This document shows positions 1 to 6,453 of a stretch of 64,000 nt of DNA, piece after piece. Position numbers and translations under genes: made by a program. The notes beneath the pieces are model-generated. The model ran no database searches, was not told where the DNA came from, and saw nothing but the letters and a program-made list of their open reading frames with translations. How positions within the stretch are numbered: the first letter of the stretch is position 1; every line of letters starts with the position of its first letter. Origin of the DNA: an uncultured Desulfobacteraceae bacterium (lineage in GTDB: Bacteria; Desulfobacterota; Desulfobacteria; Desulfobacterales; 4572-123); contig CAYQNS010000002.1 of assembly GCA_964418755.1 (NCBI GenBank), positions 10,561 to 74,560 on the forward strand. The letters are read 5' to 3'.

Positions 1-58
<58 letters not shown>

Positions 59-62
<4 letters not shown>

Positions 63-1636
63 TTAAATGTCTCCTTAACAGGCTTTAACTGCATCAACTC
101 CAGAGCTCGCTGCAGGGCCATGGCTTTATTTACCGTCTCGATTCTTTCTTTCTCAGGTTCGGAATCCGCCACGATACCGGCTCCGGCGCGCACGGTGAGC
201 CGGCCCTCTTCAACACAGGCGGTGCGGATGGTAATGGCCAGGTCCATGTTCCCGTTAAAAGAAATATAGCCCACTGCACCCCCATAGGGCCCGCGCGGTC
301 CTTTTTCAAGTTTTGCAATAATTTCCATGGCTCTGACCTTGGGTGCGCCTGTCAGGGTTCCGGCCGGAAATGTCGCCCGCAGAAGATCCCAGACATCGTA
401 GTCGGATCGCAGATCACAGCAGATATTGGATACCAGGTGCATGACGTGTGAATACCTCTCCACCACCATCAGTTCGGTCACCTGAACAGTCCCGGTTTTT
501 GCCACGCGTCCCAGATCATTGCGCCCCAGATCCACCAGCATGAGGTGCTCGGCCCGCTCTTTCTCGTCGGCCAGCAGATCACTGGCCAGCGCACGGTCGG
601 CCTGTTCACTGTCGCCCCTGGGACGGGTCCCTGCAATGGGCCGCAGGACAGCCACATTGTTTTCAAGGCGCACCATGGTTTCCGGTGAGGAGCCCACCAG
701 GGCGGTTTCTTCCAGATGCATGAAATACATATAGGGAGAAGGGTTGATATAGCGCTGGGCCCGATAGAGCATCCATAAATCCGGCAGTTGATCGCAGACA
801 AATGCCTGGGAAACAACCGCCTGAATTACATCTCCTGCCCGTATATGCTCCTTTACCTGCTCCACTTGAGAACGAAAGGCAGGCGCCGTATCAATTCCGG
901 TCAATTTGTATTCAAATTCGGCATCGGTATCCGTTGTTTCGAGCAGGGGGCGATCTGCTTTTGCCAGCAGGGCACCTGCCCGCATGCGGGCGTTTTCATA
1001 TGTCTGTTCATCAGAAATTTGATCATCGGTAAACCCAATCACGACGGCCGTCAGGGTGTTTCGGATATTGTCGAAAATAATCAGCTCATCGGGAATAATA
1101 AATCGGGCCAGGGCTTTATCATCTGTTGATATGCCCGGCAGCGGCTCAAAAAAACCGACCATCTCATAGCTCAGGTAGCCCACCATACCGCCCCAGAAAC
1201 GCGGCAGTTCCGGCATGTCAGCCGGCTGGAATTTGTCCATCTGGCTTTTCAAAACCTTTAGCGGATCACCATTGTGGGGTACCTGCCTAAGGCTGTTTTT
1301 ATCCTCTATTTCTACCCGGTCGGCATACACCCGGATGTGGCAGTGCGCGGAAACACCCAGAAAGCTGTAACGGCCCCATCTTTCCCCGCCTTCGACACTT
1401 TCCAGCAAAAACACCGGATTTTGTCCGGTATAAAATTTTTTCAACAGGGCCACCGGTGTCAGGGTATCGGCAAGAATTTCAGTACATACCGGAATAACGT
1501 TAAATTTTTCAGCCAGCCGGCAAAATCGCTCCTTGACCGGAAATTGATTCAGCAGCATAATTGTTTTTTTCTCCTGTGTTGCTATTGCAACCCGTAGTTT
1601 TTCATAGATAGTTGCCTTAATAAGCAATTTATCCAT
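59..1636 (-). CDS. trpE: anthranilate synthase component I
   Basis: Chorismate-binding enzyme signatures are present (LLESVEGGERWGRYSF, GAPKVRAMEII, YGGAVGY). trpG lies downstream and a Trp-codon leader upstream. The ORF-track start at 1708 falls inside the attenuator terminator, so the real start is ATG 1636 (MDKLL) or ATG 1558 (MLLNQF, with AGGAG 12 nt upstream). Confidence 0.9.
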
Positions 1637-1667
1637 AAAAAAAGAGCCGTGGATATTTCCACGACTC
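1637..1667 (-). terminator. second terminator-like hairpin between leader and trpE
   Basis: The minus-strand RNA forms GAGUCGUGGA-aaua-UCCACGGCUC, a 10-bp stem with one G-U pair. It is followed by U7 that abuts ATG 1636. Confidence 0.55.
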
Positions 1668-1669
1668 TT

Positions 1670-1713
1670 AAAAAAATAAAAAAGGATCGCGGGCCTTGGG
1701 CGGCCCACGATCC
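1670..1713 (-). terminator. intrinsic terminator / attenuator hairpin 1 upstream of trpE
   Basis: The minus-strand RNA forms GGAUCGUGGGCC-gcccaa-GGCCCGCGAUCC, a 12-bp GC-rich stem with one G-U pair. It is followed directly by UUUUUUAUUUUUUU. Confidence 0.75.
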
Positions 1714-1742
1714 CAAAAAGTATTATTCTATTATTTTACAAA

Positions 1743-1841
1743 CTACACAAATACTTTGGCGCCGGCATGCCCGTCGGAGTTGGCCTGCCACCACCAGCGT
1801 TTTATATCTGAATTACAAATTATGTGCCTGTCTGTTTTCAT
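1743..1841 (-). CDS. trpL: putative trp operon leader peptide (32 aa, MKTDRHIICNSDIKRWWWQANSDGHAGAKVFV)
   Basis: Three consecutive TGG codons occupy 1796-1788. There is a weak AAGG 5 nt upstream of ATG 1841. The stop lies 29 nt before a strong intrinsic terminator that precedes trpE. Confidence 0.6.
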   Translation of the reverse strand: MKTDRHIICNSDIKRWWWQANSDGHAGAKVFV

Positions 1842-2150
1842 ATCTGCCTTTTTTATGAATGTTGCAGTAACGGTGACATTTATTAAAATCTCTGTCAAGT
1901 ATTTTTTTAACCGCACCGGCATCGTTTTTTGAATAATCACCTTGCAGCTTCACGGTTTTCTTTAGTATCTAAATTCTAAAATTCATATTTTTATGTCAGA
2001 AAATAAATCACAATGATTAAAATCCCAAATTTCAAAATAGAGAAAAATCAAAATACCTCCAAGCTATGTGTGGGCAAATAATTTGCTTTGGCTCTTCTTT
2101 GAGATTTAGATATTGGAATTTGTTTGTCTTTTGGTGCTTATAATTTGTAA

Positions 2151-2166
2151 TTTTCCGGCTTATCCG
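2151..2166. repeat. dispersed 16-mer ttttccggcttatccg (copy 1), inside a repeat-rich spacer
   Basis: An identical 16-mer occurs at 38284-38299, and both copies are preceded by tgtaattt. A CCGCC-tct-GGCGG hairpin and a second ccggctta follow locally. Confidence 0.6.
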
Positions 2167-2303
2167 CCTCTGGCGGGTTTATCCGGCTTAGGGTATTAGT
2201 ACTTGCGAAATATTCAAATTTCAAGTATTACTAATAGGCTATGAGTATTTTAGGGGATATCTATAAAACCAACGAGCCATAACCGAAACAACAGGAGTGT
2301 AGT

Positions 2304-3350
2304 ATGCATATTATTGACATGCGCTCAGACACCGTTACCCGGCCCACAGATGCCATGCGGCAGGCCATGGCATCGGCAGAAGTCGGTGACGATGTGTTTG
2401 GTGAAGATCCGACGGTAAACCGCCTGGAAGAGATGGCAGCGGAAATGACCGGCAAAGAGGCCGCTCTGTTCGTCACCAGCGGCACCATGGGCAACCTGGT
2501 CAGCCAGTTGGCTCATTGTGGCCGGGGGGATGAAATGATTTTGGGGGACCAGTCTCATATTTTTTATTACGAACAGGGCGGCAGCGCCGCGGTGGGGGGG
2601 ATTCATCCCCGGATCGTGCCCAACAAAGAGGATGGCACCATCGATCTCAAAGACCTTACGGATGCCATTCGTCAGGATAACATCCATTTCCCCAGCACCC
2701 GGCTCATTGTGCTTGAAAATACGCACAACCGCTGCTTTGGATCGCCCATTGACAGGCCATACATTCAGAGCGTTGCCAAAATCGCCCACAACAATGATTT
2801 GAAGCTGCATATTGACGGGGCCAGAATTTTCAATGCCGCGGCGGCCCTGCAAGCCACAGTCGGTGATCTTATCAGCGATGCGGATTCCATCAGCTTTTGC
2901 CTGAGCAAAGGACTGGCCGCTCCGGCCGGCTCCATGGTCTGCGGATCCGAAGGTTTTATCGCCCGGGCACGCCGTGCCCGAAAGCTGCTCGGGGGCGGCA
3001 TGCGGCAAACCGGAATACTGGCGGCTGCCGGAATCGTCTCCTTAACGGAAATGGTGGATCGACTGACCGAGGATCATGCCAATGCCCGGGCCTTTGCCCT
3101 GGGGCTGGCGACCATGGACGGAATCTTAATTGACGTGGACCGGGTCAAAACCAATCTTGTATTTTTTTCAGTCCAAAAAAAAGATCTGACAGCATCGGCA
3201 CTTGCAGAGAAACTGGACCTGGAAGGCGTTCGGGTATTGCCGATTCCAATGGATGGGGAGCGTATCCGGGCGGTGGTCCACTATGAGATCAGTGCCGGAA
3301 ATATTCGTCGCGCACTGGACATATTCAAAAGTGTACTCGATAGAGCGTAA
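2304..3350 (+). CDS. ltaE: low-specificity L-threonine aldolase (PLP enzyme)
   Basis: The 348-aa product starts IDMRSDTVTRPT...GDDVFGEDPTVNRLEE...TSGTMGN, which is typical of the threonine aldolase family. CAGGAG lies upstream of the ATG. Confidence 0.85.
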   Translation: MHIIDMRSDTVTRPTDAMRQAMASAEVGDDVFGEDPTVNRLEEMAAEMTGKEAALFVTSGTMGNLVSQLAHCGRGDEMILGDQSHIFYYEQGGSAAVGGIHPRIVPNKEDGTIDLKDLTDAIRQDNIHFPSTRLIVLENTHNRCFGSPIDRPYIQSVAKIAHNNDLKLHIDGARIFNAAAALQATVGDLISDADSISFCLSKGLAAPAGSMVCGSEGFIARARRARKLLGGGMRQTGILAAAGIVSLTEMVDRLTEDHANARAFALGLATMDGILIDVDRVKTNLVFFSVQKKDLTASALAEKLDLEGVRVLPIPMDGERIRAVVHYEISAGNIRRALDIFKSVLDRA

Positions 3351-3482
3351 ATAATTTGAAACTCAAAACCTCCGTGCCCTCCGTGCCTCTGTGGCTATCT
3401 TGTCTGTTTTATTTGCCACGGTGGGAACCTGCAACTTACAACCTGCAACCCCGAAAACCAACATTTCCAAGGATCAATGGGT

Positions 3483-3566
3483 ATGGCAAAAATACTTGTT
3501 ATTGATGACGATCACGTCACAAACAAGCTGATGAAGGAAATCATTTACGACACCATTAATGTTTGA
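3483..3566 (+). pseudogene. relic of a response-regulator receiver domain N-terminus (27 codons)
   Basis: It reads MAKILVIDDDHVTNKLMKEIIYDTINV*, matching the REC beta1-alpha1 pattern (ILVIDDD). It terminates where it overlaps the 3' end of the convergent purH-type gene. Confidence 0.35.
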
Positions 3567-4842
3567 AACTTCGCTGGCCCGTATAAACCATGGCAACACC
3601 GGCGTCGTTGCAGGCCTCGATGGACTGGTAATCATTGGTGGACCCCCCCGGTTGAATCACGCTGGAGATGCCTTCCCGGACACCCACATCCACCCCGTCC
3701 CGGAATGGGAAAAATGCATCACTGACCATTGCAGCATGGATCAAACCGCCTCTTTCCGCATCTACCCGGGCATCGATTTCTTTTGTTTGTTCCGGGTCCT
3801 GAAGTTCGTTATAGGCAATTTTGTGCTGCTCAAAACAATACCGGTCGGCCAGTTTGCGATAGGCTTTGTCACGCGCAATCTCAGCCACGCCGACACGGTC
3901 CTGTTCGCCGGTGCCGATGCCAACGGTGACCAGGTCCTTCACATAAATCACGGAGTTGGACGTGACCCCGGCCTCCACCATCCAGCCGAACAGCAGGTCC
4001 TGGTACTCTTTTTCAGTGGGTTGCCGGTCGATCTCGTAGGTCCGGCCCTTGTATTCGCATCGGGCCGGTTTTAAATCCTCTTTAAATCGGGCCGCAGGAA
4101 CAAAGGACCACTGGGCCACGATTCCGCCGTCGATGAGGCTTTTGAATTCCACACAGCGTTGGCCGACAAACTGCTGCAACCGGTGAATATTATCAATGCG
4201 GATCACCCGCAGGTTTTTCTTGCGGGCAAAAATATCCATGGCTCCCTCTTCGAAATCAGGCGCCACCACCACCTCGGCGTACTGGTTGGAAATGGCCGCA
4301 GCCGTGTCCCTGTCCACCGGCCGATTCAGGGCAATACAACCGCCAAAGGCCGCCACCCGATCGGCCATATTGGCCATGATATAGGCATCGCCCAGGGTAT
4401 CGGACTGGGCCACGCCGCAGGGATTGTTATGCTTGACGATCACTGCAGTGGGTTTATCTGTAAAATACCTGAGAATATTCAAGGAATTATCCGCATCCGT
4501 CAGATTAGTTTTACCCGGATGCTTTCCGGATTGCAGCAGTTCTATGTCCGAAGCCAGGTATTGGCCCGGCTGAATCATTCTGGTTTCTCCCAGCACCAGA
4601 TTGCCGTTGACCATTCGGTACAGGGCAGCCTCCTGTCCGGGATTTTCTCCGTACCGCAGCCCCTTGTTAACATTATCGATGGTCCAGACAACCTTTTCAT
4701 AGGCAAGGGTCTGGCGATTGTCGTTGTCAATAAAACTGATTTCCATCCGGGACGGAAAATGATCGTCCATGATGGTTTTGTACATTTTTTTCAGATCTTC
4801 AGCCATGTTTATATCTCTTTGTTTGGATTTTATGTTTTGCAT
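3556..4842 (-). CDS. purH: AICAR transformylase (stand-alone C-terminal PurH domain)
   Basis: The product is 428 aa (416 if it starts at MAEDLKK, 4806). It contains NLRYGENPGQ-type and KHNNPCG motifs of the AICARFT domain and has no MGS/IMPCH domain. Confidence 0.85.
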   Translation of the reverse strand: MQNIKSKQRDINMAEDLKKMYKTIMDDHFPSRMEISFIDNDNRQTLAYEKVVWTIDNVNKGLRYGENPGQEAALYRMVNGNLVLGETRMIQPGQYLASDIELLQSGKHPGKTNLTDADNSLNILRYFTDKPTAVIVKHNNPCGVAQSDTLGDAYIMANMADRVAAFGGCIALNRPVDRDTAAAISNQYAEVVVAPDFEEGAMDIFARKKNLRVIRIDNIHRLQQFVGQRCVEFKSLIDGGIVAQWSFVPAARFKEDLKPARCEYKGRTYEIDRQPTEKEYQDLLFGWMVEAGVTSNSVIYVKDLVTVGIGTGEQDRVGVAEIARDKAYRKLADRYCFEQHKIAYNELQDPEQTKEIDARVDAERGGLIHAAMVSDAFFPFRDGVDVGVREGISSVIQPGGSTNDYQSIEACNDAGVAMVYTGQRSFKH

Positions 4843-4877
4843 TGGTAAATGGTTATTTAGACGGAAGGCTGATTAGC

Positions 4878-5636
4878 CTAAACTCCTTCAGCCTTTCGAT
4901 AGCATTCCCTCACTGCGCCATATTTCTCAGCCATCAGAAAATCGGCAATGGTCCGGTCATAGGCCGCTGTATGCTCAAAGGCTTTGCGGGCCAGATGAAA
5001 CCGCAGATCAAGGGAAGTCATGCCATGATTGGCCTCCATATCGGTCAACACCCTGATGTAATCGGACGGATCCACCACCGATGCCACGCGGATGAAATTT
5101 TTGGCCGATGCCCGGATCATGCATGGTCCCCCTATGTCAATGTTTCCCCGGGCCTGTTCAACGGTTACCTCCGGTTTGGCAATGGTCTCTTTGAAAGGAT
5201 ACAGATTGACGACAACCATATCTATGGCCACGCTGCCTGTCCGTTTCAGATCCTGCTGGTGTGCGTTGTTGTAAGTTTCAGTCAGCAGTCCCAGATAGAT
5301 TCGAAAATCAAGCGTTTTGACCAGCCCGCCCTGGGTTTCCGGCTGGCCCGTATACTCCGACACCCTTGTCAGGCAGGTATCTGCTCTGACGCCCAGAATA
5401 TCCAGGAGCCTGGCAAAGGTTCCGCCGGTGGAAAAAAATTGTATATCCGGATTCAATTCTATCATCCGGGGAATAAACATATCCAGACCTTTTTTGTCCG
5501 AAACACTGACCAGAACATGCCCGACTTTCACCTTGTCATCGATTTTTTCTACTATGTTAATGCCCATAAGCGTTGCCGGCGGCATTGGTTTGATATGATG
5601 CCGCTGATTCCTCCTTTTTTTAAATGTTAATGACAA
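4878..5636 (-). CDS. purH: IMP cyclohydrolase (stand-alone N-terminal PurH / MGS-like domain)
   Basis: It contains VLVSVSDKKG...STGGT...RVSEYTGQPE...GGLVKTL...DMVVVNLYPF, the MGS-like IMPCH domain. The start is uncertain: TTG 5636, ATG 5588 or ATG 5567. Confidence 0.8.
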   Translation of the reverse strand: MSLTFKKRRNQRHHIKPMPPATLMGINIVEKIDDKVKVGHVLVSVSDKKGLDMFIPRMIELNPDIQFFSTGGTFARLLDILGVRADTCLTRVSEYTGQPETQGGLVKTLDFRIYLGLLTETYNNAHQQDLKRTGSVAIDMVVVNLYPFKETIAKPEVTVEQARGNIDIGGPCMIRASAKNFIRVASVVDPSDYIRVLTDMEANHGMTSLDLRFHLARKAFEHTAAYDRTIADFLMAEKYGAVRECYRKAEGV

Positions 5637-5677
5637 ACTCCAAAACCAGTAACCTTGAAATCACAAATTATTCGCAG

Positions 5678-5703
5678 GATGGGCAAAGCGAAGCGTGCCC
5701 ATC
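5678..5703. repeat. palindromic hairpin GATGGGCA-N10-TGCCCATC immediately 3' of the HD gene
   Basis: It has perfect 8-bp arms. It shares the GGGC...GCCC palindrome style of the elements at 17059 and 39031. It could act as a terminator or stabiliser for the HD gene. Confidence 0.5.
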
Positions 5704-5705
5704 TG

Positions 5706-6422
5706 TCAGCATTTCCCGGCATATTCGTCTAAAAAACGCTGAAAAAAAACGTTCATAAAATCGTGACGTCCGGCAGCCAGTCGACGTCCCTCTTCCGTCA
5801 GCATCCTGTCCCTGATTTTACTCAATTTCAGCTTGAATTCACGGTATCCTGTGTCTTCCCTTGAATAGGACAGGGTATCTTCCACCCGGACATCCGGGTT
5901 ATGCAGCCGGGCCCCCAGTTCGCCTGCAAAAAGATAGGCCCGGGCCACGCCCACTGCACCGATGGCGTCTATCTTGTCCGCATCAAAAAGAACTTTGGCT
6001 TCCAGAGTACATGGCTTCTCGTCACCCCGAAAACGATGAGATTGGATACAATGGATAATATTATTTTTCTGCTCATCGGTCAGCTCCAGGTCCTTTATCA
6101 GGGGGCGGGCCATCTGGGCGCCCAGGTGGGCATGGCAGATCGTCCCATTGGACGAATCCTGTTCACACCGACCGATATCATGCAGATAGGCGGCAATCCG
6201 GAGTACCTGCATATCGGCCCCCTCCCTGAGACCGATTCGCTCGCACAAGCGGACAACCCGAAGGGTATGGTCCCAGTCATGACTGCCGTGTGCATTCTCA
6301 AACAGGTTTTTAGAAATTTTTCGGATCCGTCCTGCCGGAGATTCAAGGCTCACGCTGCCCGGTTGCCATATGGTTTGAGAGTCCGGTTGCAATTTTTTTT
6401 TAGATGCTTCAAACAGCGTCAT
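5706..6422 (-). CDS. HD-domain metal-dependent phosphohydrolase
   Basis: It carries the HDWDHTLRV...AAYLHDIGR...DADKIDAIG pattern (H..HD..D). Confidence 0.8.
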   Translation of the reverse strand: MTLFEASKKKLQPDSQTIWQPGSVSLESPAGRIRKISKNLFENAHGSHDWDHTLRVVRLCERIGLREGADMQVLRIAAYLHDIGRCEQDSSNGTICHAHLGAQMARPLIKDLELTDEQKNNIIHCIQSHRFRGDEKPCTLEAKVLFDADKIDAIGAVGVARAYLFAGELGARLHNPDVRVEDTLSYSREDTGYREFKLKLSKIRDRMLTEEGRRLAAGRHDFMNVFFQRFLDEYAGKC

Positions 6423-6453
6423 TTTTTTACCTGCCGGGTTGCGGCCCTGTCAT

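Noticed and set aside
1637-1708. N-terminal 24-codon extension of the trpE ORF (start at 1708).
   Set aside because: It would begin inside the stem of the attenuator terminator and translate through both hairpins. MGRPRPAILFYFF... is not TrpE-like.
1842-1940. The full 65-aa version of the leader ORF (1743..1940).
   Set aside because: It is too long for an attenuation leader, and no SD lies near 1940. The internal ATG 1841 gives a 32-aa peptide and is the more plausible start, though this remains unproven.
2325-3008. Long antisense or alternate-frame ORFs inside well-supported genes. Examples are 2325..3008(-), 4159..4848(+), 4842..5630(+), 5901..6569(+), 6586..7533(+), 17788..18423(-), 23274..23873(-), 25750..26406(-), 27359..28279(-), 30439..31116(-), 32204..32764(-), 49231..49824(-) and 59494..60069(+).
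   Set aside because: Each lies wholly within a gene whose product carries clear family motifs. Their translations are low-complexity (rich in R, G, P, H), lack recognisable motifs and have no SD/start context. These are typical shadow ORFs.
3361-3460. Short tandem or direct repeats in spacers (3370-3449, 17095-17130, 38955-39025) as a CRISPR array.
   Set aside because: The repeat units are only 7-10 nt with 0-5-nt gaps and 2-3 copies. There is no 25-40-nt repeat/spacer periodicity and no cas genes.
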